A stretch of 64,000 nucleotides of DNA from an uncultured beta proteobacterium (GCA_903864505.1 CAIPGC010000103.1:97-64096); one strand, 5' to 3'; shown: positions 46,689 through 56,559, counted from the first letter of the stretch. Made by a program: numbers and translations. Notes: a model not told the origin generated them from the letters alone.

Positions 46689-48103
46689 ATCCCCACGACG
46701 ATCCTGGCATTGGCATGCTGCGCATTCCACCTCACAGCACTGAATCAGAAACCGGTGTAATTGGGGCGCTTTTACTGGACAACCGGGCATGGGACAGAGT
46801 TGGTGACATCCTGACAGCCGGTGACTTCTACCGCCATCAGCACCAGGTGATATTTGAAGCGATAGCAGTGCTGGTCAATTCTTCGAAAGCGGCTGACGTA
46901 TTGACCGTTTTTGCACATTTGCAAAGATCTGGGAAAGCTGAGGATGCAGGCGGTCTTGAATATCTGAATTCGGTTGCGCAGTTCGTGCCAAGCGCGGCCA
47001 ATATCCGTCGCTATGCGGAGGCTGTCCGTGAGCGCTCCATTCTGCGCAAGTTGATTACTGTCAGCGATGAAATTTCCGCCAGCGCCTTCAACACCGAAGG
47101 TAAAGCGATTGCAACAATTCTGGACAGTGCAGAGCGCCAGATTTTCAATATTGGCCAGCACAGCGGCCGTCAATCGGATGACTGGAAGAGCCTTGACCAG
47201 GGCGCTATAAAGCTGCTGGACTGGTTGCAAGAGGCCACGAACGGCAATTACAAGCCAGACTACACCCAGACCGGTTTCAAAGAGCTTGACGAGAGGCTAG
47301 ACGGCGGTTTGCGTGGCGGTGAGTTGGTTGTTTTGGGCGCCCGCCCAAGCATGGGTAAAACCGCCATGGGTATGAATATCGTGAAGCACATTGCTTTGCA
47401 CGAAGGCATGCCATGCGGCGTGTTTTCCATGGAAATGCCAGACATCCAAATCACTCGCCGATTGATGTCCACCGTAGGGAGTATTCGACTTGACAAAGTG
47501 CGCCGGCCAGAGCGGCTGAACGATTTTGATTGGTCGAATGTTTCCAAAGCCGTCGAGTCTATGCGAAACATGGATATCAGCTTTGTGGACCAGGGCGGTT
47601 TGAATATCAACCAGATCCGTAGCAAGGCGAGAGCGCTGGCCCGCCGCAAGGGTAAGTTGGGCGTGATCATGTTGGACTACTTCAGCCTGATCACTGGAAC
47701 CGACCCAAAGATTCCCCGCGCCTACCAGTTGCAGGAAGCCAGCATGGGCCTGAAGTCGCTGGCAAAGGAATTGAACTGTCCGGTCATCGTATTGCAGCAG
47801 GTGAAGCGCGATGTAGAAGGCCGTGCCGACCAGATGCCAGTGATGTCCGACCTCAAGGACTCTGGCTCGTTGGAGCAGGATGCCGACGCAATCATTTTTG
47901 TGCACCGGCCGGCCAAAGCAGATGCCAAGTTGGGTGATGAATGGAAGCACCTGGCGCAGGTGTCGGTGCCCAAGCTGCGCGACGGCGAAACCGGATTCTT
48001 CAATCTCTATTGGGCTGGAGAACACCAAGTATTTGTTGATTGGCCTGCCACCATGGAAGTGCCAAGCAATAGGGTCCGCACATCCCGCGGAGGTGACCTG
48101 TGA
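46685..48103 (+). CDS. dnaB: DnaB-like replicative helicase
   Basis: PPHSTESE, GARPSMGKT, FSMEM, IMLDY, DLKDSGSLEQDAD and KLRDGETG motifs. Confidence 0.96.
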   Translation: MNPHDDPGIGMLRIPPHSTESETGVIGALLLDNRAWDRVGDILTAGDFYRHQHQVIFEAIAVLVNSSKAADVLTVFAHLQRSGKAEDAGGLEYLNSVAQFVPSAANIRRYAEAVRERSILRKLITVSDEISASAFNTEGKAIATILDSAERQIFNIGQHSGRQSDDWKSLDQGAIKLLDWLQEATNGNYKPDYTQTGFKELDERLDGGLRGGELVVLGARPSMGKTAMGMNIVKHIALHEGMPCGVFSMEMPDIQITRRLMSTVGSIRLDKVRRPERLNDFDWSNVSKAVESMRNMDISFVDQGGLNINQIRSKARALARRKGKLGVIMLDYFSLITGTDPKIPRAYQLQEASMGLKSLAKELNCPVIVLQQVKRDVEGRADQMPVMSDLKDSGSLEQDADAIIFVHRPAKADAKLGDEWKHLAQVSVPKLRDGETGFFNLYWAGEHQVFVDWPATMEVPSNRVRTSRGGDL

Positions 48104-48678
48104 CCTATCTACAAAACGACTGGAAACGCATTCGCGCGTTCTATTCCAGCATTAATCCTGAAATCATGGCTGCACCTGCAGATGAATGGTCCGTCGATCC
48201 TTATTTATGGGAAGAGCACCGGGGGATGATAAATTTCACGCCCATTGAGAGTTGGCTGTGGGCTGACATTCGGCAATGTGGTGCAGTGCTGTACCCGCAG
48301 TACCCGGTGTTGAACTTCTTTTTGGACTTCGCCAACCCGGTCGCAAAAGTCGCCATTGAGTGCGACGGATTTGCCTTTCATCAAGACAAGGAAAAGGACG
48401 CATCGCGCGACCAGCGCCTTATGGATGCCGGATGGACCGTGTATCGCATCAGCGGAAGGCATTGCCGAATTGAATGCGACGAGGAAACGGGAAAAGCGAG
48501 TCTGCCACTCTTGTTCATCCGTCGAATCTGCAATCTGCACAGCATCAGCAAGTTTGTCCAAACGCAATCGGAAATGCCACTGGAGACATTCAGGAGCGCA
48601 GACGATCTTGACGACTGGTGGAAGTTCATCCTACGCAACCGAGAAGAGGCTGCAGCGCGCAAAAGGGGCGAGCTTTGA
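48100..48678 (+). CDS. DUF559/Vsr-like PD-(D/E)XK endonuclease
   Basis: QYPVLNFFLDF...AIECDG..FH...D..RD..L...GWTVYR. Confidence 0.8.
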   Translation: MTYLQNDWKRIRAFYSSINPEIMAAPADEWSVDPYLWEEHRGMINFTPIESWLWADIRQCGAVLYPQYPVLNFFLDFANPVAKVAIECDGFAFHQDKEKDASRDQRLMDAGWTVYRISGRHCRIECDEETGKASLPLLFIRRICNLHSISKFVQTQSEMPLETFRSADDLDDWWKFILRNREEAAARKRGEL

Positions 48679-48888
48679 ATGCCATTCACCCAGCACAGAA
48701 AGAAGATGGTCGACCACTTCCTGTGGTTGCAGGCGCATGCGCCAATCGACTATGCCAGGGGCGCGTACTACACGTACACAAGGAACCCCGATTGCCCTTG
48801 CCCGGACATTTTGAAGGACATCAAAGCAGCCATGCAGTTGTCCTCTCAGTCGTCACAAACAAGCAGTTTGGATTCAGAGAAATCGTGA
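48679..48888 (+). CDS. Hypothetical protein
   Basis: 69-aa ORF directly after the previous stop. Confidence 0.45.
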   Translation: MPFTQHRKKMVDHFLWLQAHAPIDYARGAYYTYTRNPDCPCPDILKDIKAAMQLSSQSSQTSSLDSEKS

Positions 48889-48947
48889 TTGAAGACCGAC
48901 TTATACATGCATTTGATTTTTACCCACCAACCCAAGGAGCCTAGCGA

Positions 48948-49565
48948 ATGACATTTCAGTTAACCCAGTACACAGCAGTCAAGATGACGAACCTGAACAC
49001 CCGTATCGAAAAGCACGGGCCTGAATCTGTGCCGGCCGTGGATCTGACGTTCACCATGGACGCACAAAACCAGATCCTCGATGAGTTTCACAGCGATCTC
49101 TTGTGCTCGATCTATACCAAGCGCGACCCCGCTGTTGATCCTCAATCAGGGCTCGAAGGCGTTGAAGAAGTCGCGTACCTACCGAACCTGCGTTTCATGA
49201 TGATGGACCCGATCAAATGGAATTGGAACGGCAGCGGATACGAATTCAGCGTTGACTACGGCCTTGGCGATGACCGCGCCCTGGTGCTGGATTGCGTCGA
49301 AGTTGGAAAGATCGTTATCGACCCGAAAGAGGGCGGTACCGTTGAATTGAAATTCCGCGTGCAGTGCAACTCAGGATTGACCGAAGCCATCATCGGCAAG
49401 CTGGCCATGATGAACGGCCAGGAAGTGAAGATCATGCTGCGCGCGCCGACTCCGGTCGATGTTGTTGAACACACTACGTTCGACCCGCTGTTTCCCGACT
49501 ACAAGCCGGACCCGAAGCTGACGGCCGAGGACGTGTTCATCGGTACGGCTGACGCGGTGCATTGA
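48948..49565 (+). CDS. Conserved-type phage hypothetical protein
   Basis: RBS AAGGAG; 205 aa, acidic. Confidence 0.7.
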   Translation: MTFQLTQYTAVKMTNLNTRIEKHGPESVPAVDLTFTMDAQNQILDEFHSDLLCSIYTKRDPAVDPQSGLEGVEEVAYLPNLRFMMMDPIKWNWNGSGYEFSVDYGLGDDRALVLDCVEVGKIVIDPKEGGTVELKFRVQCNSGLTEAIIGKLAMMNGQEVKIMLRAPTPVDVVEHTTFDPLFPDYKPDPKLTAEDVFIGTADAVH

Positions 49566-50083
49566 TCGTGATAGTTGTGTCTTGTGATCCCGGTTTGACT
49601 GGTGCAGTCGCAATACTGGACCATAACGGCCTGCGTGCGGTGTTCGATCTGCCCACCATGCCAATCCCCGGCGTTGGTCCGACCGCCATGGTGCAGTCAA
49701 AGATCGACAGCAAGGCGCTTGTCGAACTGCTGCGCAAGCATATCCCTGCGGGTGAATCGGCCCGGGCGGTGATCGAAGCAGTTGGAGTGATGGGAGGGAA
49801 GAACAACTCCATCCAATCGCAAGGATCGCTTCTGCGGAGCCTTGGGGCTATCGAGGCAGTAATCGAGTGCTGCCGCATACCGCTGGAGTACGCGCACCCG
49901 CAGACATGGAAACGCCACTTTGGATTGATCGACCCTACCATCAAGCCCACCCAGCGCAAAGCCAAGTCGTTGGAATGCGCGCGCCGCCTGTACCCCGACT
50001 GCATGGCATTCGCCAGGGCTAAGGACCACAACCGGGCGGAAAGCGCGCTGCTCGGACATTGGGCGATGCGGGAGGCGGCATAA
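49562..50083 (+). CDS. RuvC-like Holliday junction resolvase
   Basis: SCDPGLTGA, VIE, PQTWK and DHNRAESAL acidic catalytic pattern. Confidence 0.85.
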   Translation: MIVIVVSCDPGLTGAVAILDHNGLRAVFDLPTMPIPGVGPTAMVQSKIDSKALVELLRKHIPAGESARAVIEAVGVMGGKNNSIQSQGSLLRSLGAIEAVIECCRIPLEYAHPQTWKRHFGLIDPTIKPTQRKAKSLECARRLYPDCMAFARAKDHNRAESALLGHWAMREAA

Positions 50084-50467
50084 ATGTCATTCAAAGTCCC
50101 AAACCAATACCGCATTACTCGCGGCCAGATGGCCAGCACTGCAGACGATGGGAACAACGGCGCATTCTTTGTGCGCGGCCCAAATCGCAAGGAGACGTGC
50201 CCGCTGATGGTGATCGCCACCGACGGGATGGGCTGGGAGCATGTGTCCGTCAGCCTGCCAGGCCGTTGCCCCACGTGGGCCGAAATGTGTTTCATCAAAG
50301 GCCTGTTTTGGGACGATGACGACTGCGTGATGCAGCTTCACCCACCAAAGTCTGACTGGGTGAATAACCACAGCTACTGCCTGCACTTGTGGCGCCCAGT
50401 GGACCAAGACATTCCAAGACCGATGTCCGAACTTGTTGGGTTCAAAGAATTGGGAGTGCTTGTGTGA
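50084..50467 (+). CDS. Conserved phage protein (WEHVSVS...CPTW.EM...HP motif)
   Basis: Motif recognised as a widespread phage family of unknown function. Confidence 0.7.
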   Translation: MSFKVPNQYRITRGQMASTADDGNNGAFFVRGPNRKETCPLMVIATDGMGWEHVSVSLPGRCPTWAEMCFIKGLFWDDDDCVMQLHPPKSDWVNNHSYCLHLWRPVDQDIPRPMSELVGFKELGVLV

Positions 50468-50634
50468 AATGCTCAAGGTGCTCACGCCCATTGAAGTTCG
50501 CCACAGTCACCAGTGGCGGCGTGGTGCTCGGACCGACTTGCGCGCGACTCCTGGGCATCCCAACAGCCAAGCGAATCGCTGCACCCGTTGTGCAGGATGG
50601 GCAGAAACCGTTGTTTGAAGAGGTGGCAAAGTGA
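50464..50634 (+). CDS. Small Zn-finger-like protein
   Basis: GTG start coupled to the upstream stop; CSRC...GPTC. Confidence 0.55.
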   Translation: MKCSRCSRPLKFATVTSGGVVLGPTCARLLGIPTAKRIAAPVVQDGQKPLFEEVAK

Positions 50635-51086
50635 ATCAAGACGCCTTGCAAACCGTGTTCATCAACCCAGCCCAAGCCAAAGCCGCCATTGCAGGCCAGA
50701 TAGCCCCGTATTGCAAAGCACAGTGGCAGAACGGCATAGAGCGCTTGCGCGTGACGATAGAACCCGAGGAAGACGCAAAGACGGTTCAACAAGGCCGCTT
50801 TTACTGGGGCGTCATCCTGGTGCAGATCAGCGAGCAAGCCAGGATCGAGGGCCAGCTCTACACCGTGGACGCATGGCACGAGTTATTCAAGCGTCAGCAT
50901 TTGCCGCGGGTGAAGCGCCGCGCCTACGTTGCCGGGAAGCCGCGGCCGGTCATTACAACAACGATTGGAACTACCAAAGGCTTGAGCGTGAAGAAGATGA
51001 GTGCCTTCATTGAAAAGGTGATTGCGTTCGGAGCGACAGAACTTGGCGTCAGGTTTTCCGAGACTCGATGGGAGAACTACCGGTGA
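50631..51086 (+). CDS. ninB: NinB-like recombination protein
   Basis: KT.QQ..FYWG.IL.QISEQ...WHE.FK motif. Confidence 0.75.
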   Translation: MNQDALQTVFINPAQAKAAIAGQIAPYCKAQWQNGIERLRVTIEPEEDAKTVQQGRFYWGVILVQISEQARIEGQLYTVDAWHELFKRQHLPRVKRRAYVAGKPRPVITTTIGTTKGLSVKKMSAFIEKVIAFGATELGVRFSETRWENYR

Positions 51087-51376
51087 TGTTCCCCAAGCAC
51101 AAGCACTTCCAAGGCGAATGGTTTCGCCGCCTGGTGACCACATTGCCATGCCAGCACTGCGGAGCCGAAGGAACGCAAGCGGCCCACCGCAACCAAGGTA
51201 AGGGATTGGCGCTCAAAACCAGCGATGCCCTGGTAGTGGCGTTGTGCCCCACATGCCACACCAGACTCGACCAAGGCAAAGACATGGACCGTGACGACCG
51301 GCGCGCGTATTGGGACGACGCCTACATCAGACAGATGCAGCACTTGGTGGAAACAGGATTACTCAAGAAGGCGTGA
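51086..51376 (+). CDS. HNH-like Zn-binding nuclease (nin region)
   Basis: LPCQHCG...QAAHRN.GKG..LK.SD...ALC..CH. Confidence 0.75.
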   Translation: MFPKHKHFQGEWFRRLVTTLPCQHCGAEGTQAAHRNQGKGLALKTSDALVVALCPTCHTRLDQGKDMDRDDRRAYWDDAYIRQMQHLVETGLLKKA

Positions 51377-51380
51377 ATGC

Positions 51381-51773
51381 ATGGCAGACAAACTCGATTC
51401 AATCCTCGACGACCTCCTGGAGCGCTGGCACCACTTCAAATCCGGCTACCAGTTGGCCAAGGGCTACGGATCCAGCGATGCCACGTGCCGAGACTTCAGC
51501 ACACCTACCCATTGGGACTGGCAAAACGGCGCAATGGACAAGCATGAAGAGAAAGTTCGCATGCAAGGCGTCGACCGTGCATTGACCCGGGTTCCAAACA
51601 CTCCAGAGCCCTGGAACACGGTACTGCAGTTCGAAGCCAGAAACCTCGCATCGGCAGCCATGGTGTGGACATCACCCAGACTCCCAAAGGGAGAAGAGCT
51701 AGAGATTCTGCGCATGGAGGCCAGGACTAGGGCGATTCTGGAATTGCAGCGGGAAGGGTGCATGTCGCGATGA
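51381..51773 (+). CDS. Putative late antiterminator (Q position)
   Basis: Last nin-region gene, immediately followed by a promoter plus terminator. Called by synteny only. Confidence 0.55.
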   Translation: MADKLDSILDDLLERWHHFKSGYQLAKGYGSSDATCRDFSTPTHWDWQNGAMDKHEEKVRMQGVDRALTRVPNTPEPWNTVLQFEARNLASAAMVWTSPRLPKGEELEILRMEARTRAILELQREGCMSR

Positions 51774-51776
51774 TTG

Positions 51777-51804
51777 TTGACGCGCTATGGAATTGTGGTA
51801 AATT
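51777..51804 (+). promoter_or_regulatory. Late promoter (pR'-like)
   Basis: TTGACG-16-TAAATT with extended -10 TG. Confidence 0.7.
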
Positions 51805-51862
51805 CCGTTTCGGTCGCACTCGCGCGCCTGAAAATAGCGAGTGACGGCAAGAAATATCGCAA

Positions 51863-51888
51863 AGCAACCCTAATCCGGTTGCTTTTTT
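51863..51888 (+). terminator. tR'-like terminator
   Basis: AGCAACC-loop-GGTTGCT followed by a T run. Confidence 0.8.
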
Positions 51889-51899
51889 CATTTCAAAAC

Positions 51900-52200
51900 C
51901 CGCTCAGCTAACTGACCAGCCGCATTCTCAAGCGCGGACTCTGGGAGGAACCGAGTGGCCGTAGCTGGCTTCCGGCGAAGCAGCCAGCACCAAGAAGGCC
52001 AGCGGCATAGCTCCTAACTCCTTGGGACGCCGCTGGCCGCTTGGACCAAACCAGGACCCGGAAATACCGCTAAACCTGATAGCGCCGGCCGCGGGTAAAC
52101 GGCTGGGTACATCCGCGTAGGCGCCACACGCGCAATCAGGAGGGGCGACAACAGCAGCAACCCAGCCGCGAAAGCGGTAAGCCTGATGGGTTTCGCACAA
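51900..52200 (+). ncRNA. Candidate structured RNA upstream of terS
   Basis: Several nested helices, including a perfect 10-bp stem and a GAAA tetraloop; no credible ORF. Confidence 0.55.
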
Positions 52201-52214
52201 GAAAGAGGTAAGCC

Positions 52215-52826
52215 ATGGCAACCACAAAGAAACCAGTGAGAAAGCCTGCGATACCCAAGAAATCAGTCAAAAAGCCTGTTATTGCTCAAAAAGTAAGCAA
52301 AACAGGCGCGCGTACAGCCGTAAAGAAGAAGGTTTCAAGGCCAGCACCCATTCAGGCGATTCCACAGCCAAAGAAGCAATTGGCAGCGCGAGTCGTGTAC
52401 TCAGAGAAGATCGTTGACGCGATTTGCACTCGGATCGCTCAAGGCGAAAGCCTGATCAAGATCTGCAAAGACACTGGAATGCCGAACCGAACGACGTTCA
52501 TGCGTTGGCTGCATGAAGGAACGCATGATGGGCTTCACGACAAATACGCGCGAGCCCGGGAATCGCAAGCCGATTTCTACGCTGAAGAGATCATTCAAAT
52601 AGCTGACACGCCCATTATTGGATCGAAGACAAAGATCAATGAGAAGGGCGAACTTGAGGTAACTAAGGGCGACATGATCGAACATCGCCGCCTGCAAGTT
52701 GATGCGCGCAAGTGGTACGCAAGCAAGGTAGCGCCGAAGAAGTACGGCGACAAGCTGGCAGTTGGCCAGGCCGATGACCTTCTACCGCTGGTGACCGTCA
52801 AGGATCTGACAGGGCGCAAAGATTGA
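52215..52826 (+). CDS. terS: Terminase small subunit
   Basis: IC.RIAQGESL..IC...GMP...TFMRW...YARARE...LQVDARKWYASK..PKKYGD. Confidence 0.9.
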   Translation: MATTKKPVRKPAIPKKSVKKPVIAQKVSKTGARTAVKKKVSRPAPIQAIPQPKKQLAARVVYSEKIVDAICTRIAQGESLIKICKDTGMPNRTTFMRWLHEGTHDGLHDKYARARESQADFYAEEIIQIADTPIIGSKTKINEKGELEVTKGDMIEHRRLQVDARKWYASKVAPKKYGDKLAVGQADDLLPLVTVKDLTGRKD

Positions 52827-52920
52827 GGTCTGTGGATAACTTTCAGGCCAAAGTGCCAGAAAACACGGGTTTAGACCGAGAAAATGCCCGTTTTGGCCTG
52901 TTTTGCTTAAAAAGTAAGCA

Positions 52921-54375
52921 ATGAGCCAAGGTTTCGAGTACGCCTACAAGCCGCAAGGCCCGGTACTTGAAGAATACATCCTGAGCGAATCGCAGCGGAC
53001 GATGATCATGGGTCCATTGGGATCCGGAAAGACAAACGCGAGTTGCTGGAAAGGTTTCAGGATCATTTGCGCGCAGGATCCTGACAGCCAGGGGATTCGA
53101 AAGAGCCGCGGCGTAGCGATCCGGAACACTTACCCGGATCTTTTTGGGACAACGATCAAGGATTGGCTCGACATGTTCGAGCCGCTGGGCAAGTTCAAGC
53201 AAGGCGGGATGGAGCCGCCGACCCATCACCTTCTGTTCAAGCTGGACGATGGGACCACGGTCGACGCTGAAATGGTGTTCTTGGCGTTGGACCGGGAAGA
53301 CCACATCAAGAAGCTGCGAGGGCTGCAAGCGACATTTGGGTGGCTGAACGAGGTCAAGGAACTGTCGTTCAGCGTGATCCAAATGCTGGACTTGCGCATG
53401 GGGCGCTATCCGAAGGACGTTCGGCCGACTTGGTACGGGATCTTTGGTGACACGAACGCACCAGACACCGACCATTTCTATTACCGCATGGCCGAAGAGG
53501 TGAAGCCTGAAGGCTGGAAGTTCCTCAAGCAACCAGGCGGAGTGAAGCGAAAGAACATTCAGGCGCCATGGGAAGTGAACCCGGACGCTGAAAACATCAA
53601 GAACTTGCCGCTGAACTATTACGCAAATGGCGTGCAAGGCAAGTCGGATGCTTGGGTAACGGTGAATCTTGCCAATGAATACGGCTATGTGAGCGACGGC
53701 AAGCCGGTGTACCCGGACTATCACGACCCAACGCATTGCCGAGAGTTTGAATTGGTTGAAGGTCTGCCAATCCACATCGGACTGGACTTTGGTTTGACGC
53801 CGGCCGCACAGATTGGCCAGCAGATGGTGAATGGCCAGTGGCGAATTCGGCACGAGCTGGTGACCACTGACACAGGCGTCATTCGCTTTGCCAATGAGTT
53901 GAAGCGGTTCATTGCCACGAAGTTGCGAGGCTTTGTGATCGCCACGATTACCGGTGACCCGGCAGGCGATCAGCGTCAGGCTGGAGACAACGAGGAAAGA
54001 ACGGTGTTCCAACTGTTGGACGCCAATGGCATCAAGGCAGTGCCTGCGCCATTCAACAACGATTTCACCATCAGGACGGAAGCAGTTGCCACACCGCTGC
54101 GCCGAATGATCGATGGCGAACCAGGATTCTTGCTTCACCCTGATTGCAAGGTGACACGCAAGGGCATGCAAGGTGGCTACAAGTTCCGTCGCGTCAAAGT
54201 GAGCGGAGATGAGAGGTACATGGACATGCCAGTAAAGAACGACTGCTCTCACCCGTGCGAGGCTGGCCAATACCTACTTTTGGGTGCTGGCGAGGGCGTT
54301 GCTGTGGTGCAAGGCTCTACCGTAGAACGCACCAAAGATGCTGAAGAGTACCGCAAGAGGCGAGGTTTAGCATGA
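52921..54375 (+). CDS. terL: Terminase large subunit
   Basis: Walker A GPLGSGKT, WLNE, nuclease GLDFG, GDPAG, SHPCEA. Confidence 0.92.
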   Translation: MSQGFEYAYKPQGPVLEEYILSESQRTMIMGPLGSGKTNASCWKGFRIICAQDPDSQGIRKSRGVAIRNTYPDLFGTTIKDWLDMFEPLGKFKQGGMEPPTHHLLFKLDDGTTVDAEMVFLALDREDHIKKLRGLQATFGWLNEVKELSFSVIQMLDLRMGRYPKDVRPTWYGIFGDTNAPDTDHFYYRMAEEVKPEGWKFLKQPGGVKRKNIQAPWEVNPDAENIKNLPLNYYANGVQGKSDAWVTVNLANEYGYVSDGKPVYPDYHDPTHCREFELVEGLPIHIGLDFGLTPAAQIGQQMVNGQWRIRHELVTTDTGVIRFANELKRFIATKLRGFVIATITGDPAGDQRQAGDNEERTVFQLLDANGIKAVPAPFNNDFTIRTEAVATPLRRMIDGEPGFLLHPDCKVTRKGMQGGYKFRRVKVSGDERYMDMPVKNDCSHPCEAGQYLLLGAGEGVAVVQGSTVERTKDAEEYRKRRGLA

Positions 54376-56513
54376 TCAAGCCGACCGCTCAGTACGATGA
54401 CAGAGTAGGCGATGAATCACGTGACTTCGCAGGCGCCGGAGCTTTCAGCCTTTACGCGCTCGAAAGAATGCTCAGAGATTGCACAGAGCAGCCGCAATGG
54501 AGAACCCGAGCAGCGCTTTGTAGCGCCTATTACGACGGCAAGCAACTGAGCGAACTTCAGAAGTACAACATCCGTCAGGAAGAGCTTGAAGAACGAGCTA
54601 TCAACTTGGTTCGCCCAGTCATCAACTCCGTGTTGGGCCAGGAAGCCAAGAGCCGTACCGATGTGAAGGTGGAGGCCGACGACGACTCTTATGCCGATGT
54701 GGCAGAAGTGGTCAGTTCGAAGCTGAAAGAAGCCGAGCGCGAAACCAGAGCCCACATGGCCGTGAGCGATGCCTATGCTTCGATGGTGAAGAAGGGCTTA
54801 GGCTGGGTGCACGTCAGCAAGAACGCCGACCCGTTGGCGTACGCCTATCGTGTGGAGTCCATCCCAATAGAGGAAATCTGGTGGGACTGGCGCGGCCAAC
54901 GTGGTGCGACATTGCTCGATGGCTGTCGCTGGCTTGTGAGAAAGCGCTTTATTGACCTGGACGAGATTGAAGCCGCCATGCCAGACAAGCGTGAAGTGCT
55001 TCGCAATAGCGTGAACGGTTGGGAGAACTACCTCGACACAACCGGTGTGCTGCTGGGAGAGCCGGAGACAATGGCGCTCTCAAGCGCATTCGACAACGAG
55101 CGTCGATTCGCATTGACGGTGAACAAGCATGATTGGCTTGACTCTGCGCGCAAGATGATCAAGCTGTTCGAGGTGTGGTACCGCGTGCCTGCTACCGTGG
55201 TGGTGCTGCACATGAGCCCCACCAAGAAGGTTCCGTACAACCCGAACGACCCAAGACACATCGAAGCAGTCTCCCGCGGCCTGGTGAAGGTAAGCAAGGG
55301 AATCACGTCGCAAATCCGTCGCGCTCTGTACGCTGGACCGCACCGATTGCTCGACGAAGCAACTGACAAGCGCAACTTCCCCTACTTCCCGTTCTTTGCT
55401 TTCCGCGATGACGCCGACAAGAGCCCGTACGGAATGATCGACGGAATGATTGCGCCGCAAGATGAGTACAACGAGCGCCGCCTTCGCATTCAATGGATGC
55501 TCAAGGCTCGGCAAGTGCAGATGGATAGCGATGCCTTGGACCCGGCTTACAACTCGATCTCAGACATTGCAGACGCAATCATGCGGCCTGATTTGGTTGC
55601 CATCACAAACCCCAACCGGGCGAGCAGAAATCAACAAGCGATCACCATACGCAATGACCTGAGCATGCAGCCAGAGCAGTTCGAGGTGATGGCTGACTCG
55701 AAGCAGTTGATTCAAGACACCGCAGGAAGGTATGCGTCGCAGCTTGGCAATCGGCCGGCCGGAGTGACATCAGGGATTGCTAATTCGCTACTGATTGAGC
55801 AAGGCGAACAGTCGATGGGCGAAATGAACGACAACTACACCTATGGTCGGCGCTCAACGTTCGAGGCATTGGTGGACGAGATTACAAGCGACTTCAAGGC
55901 GGAGCGCATGGAAGTTCCCATCGGCACTGGAAAGACTCGCCGCGTGGTGGTGCTCAACGACTGGGATCCGAATACCGCAATGCCAATCAACCAGGTCGCA
56001 GACGCAGACATCAAAACGGCTTTGGCAGAGACACCCAACACGCCAGCCTTCCGTCAACAGACGCAGCAGCAGATCGCAACCATCATCCAAGCACTCGGAA
56101 ACAACCCGCAAGCGATTGCAATCCTTGCACCAGCTTACTTGGAGAGCACCAACGTTGCAAACCGGCAGCAAATGGCCGACGACTTGCGAAAGATGGCAGG
56201 CGTTCCATTGCCTGGAGACAAGAACGCGCAAGCCCAGGCAGATCAACAGCAAGCGCAGCAAGTGCAAGCCAAGCAGCAATTGGAGCAAGCAGCAGCCCAA
56301 GCCGAAGTGGAAGAGCGAACTGCCACAACAGAGCAGAAGCGAGCAGCCGCACGACTGGCCAACGCCAACGCATTGCTGATCGAGCAACGCATGGCATCAG
56401 GGCTCGCAACCGCAGAGGTAAGCGAAGTCAATGCGCATGCAGAGCAAATGAAGGCGCAAGCCGCCAACGAAGACCAACTCATTAACGACGCTCTGGCTGA
56501 AGCAGCCGCATAG
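54372..56513 (+). CDS. Portal protein (P22-like, Q/A-rich C-terminal barrel)
   Basis: INLVRPVINSVLGQE and YFPFF...PYG motifs; follows terL. Confidence 0.9.
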   Translation: MIKPTAQYDDRVGDESRDFAGAGAFSLYALERMLRDCTEQPQWRTRAALCSAYYDGKQLSELQKYNIRQEELEERAINLVRPVINSVLGQEAKSRTDVKVEADDDSYADVAEVVSSKLKEAERETRAHMAVSDAYASMVKKGLGWVHVSKNADPLAYAYRVESIPIEEIWWDWRGQRGATLLDGCRWLVRKRFIDLDEIEAAMPDKREVLRNSVNGWENYLDTTGVLLGEPETMALSSAFDNERRFALTVNKHDWLDSARKMIKLFEVWYRVPATVVVLHMSPTKKVPYNPNDPRHIEAVSRGLVKVSKGITSQIRRALYAGPHRLLDEATDKRNFPYFPFFAFRDDADKSPYGMIDGMIAPQDEYNERRLRIQWMLKARQVQMDSDALDPAYNSISDIADAIMRPDLVAITNPNRASRNQQAITIRNDLSMQPEQFEVMADSKQLIQDTAGRYASQLGNRPAGVTSGIANSLLIEQGEQSMGEMNDNYTYGRRSTFEALVDEITSDFKAERMEVPIGTGKTRRVVVLNDWDPNTAMPINQVADADIKTALAETPNTPAFRQQTQQQIATIIQALGNNPQAIAILAPAYLESTNVANRQQMADDLRKMAGVPLPGDKNAQAQADQQQAQQVQAKQQLEQAAAQAEVEERTATTEQKRAAARLANANALLIEQRMASGLATAEVSEVNAHAEQMKAQAANEDQLINDALAEAAA

Positions 56514-56532
56514 AGCCAAGACAGCAACAACG

Positions 56533-56559
56533 AAGACCGCCCATCGAGGCGGTCTTTTT
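56533..56559 (+). terminator. Rho-independent terminator
   Basis: AAGACCGCC-loop-GGCGGTCTT followed by a T run. Confidence 0.8.

Noticed and set aside
52159-52200. Hammerhead ribozyme (GAAA and CTGATG nearby)
   Set aside because: GAAA forms a tetraloop, and the CUGAUGA core is incomplete and not arranged with the required stems.
52831-52839. Perfect DnaA box (TGTGGATAA)
   Set aside because: Single copy; about 0.5 are expected by chance in 64 kb on two strands, and it is not near the replication genes.
52843-54270. 475-aa antisense ORF opposite terL (likewise 2109-2792, 22121-22927, 37270-38031, 39367-40137, 44251-45174, 57934-58683)
   Set aside because: Shadow ORFs of well-supported genes on the other strand in GC-rich DNA; no recognisable motifs.
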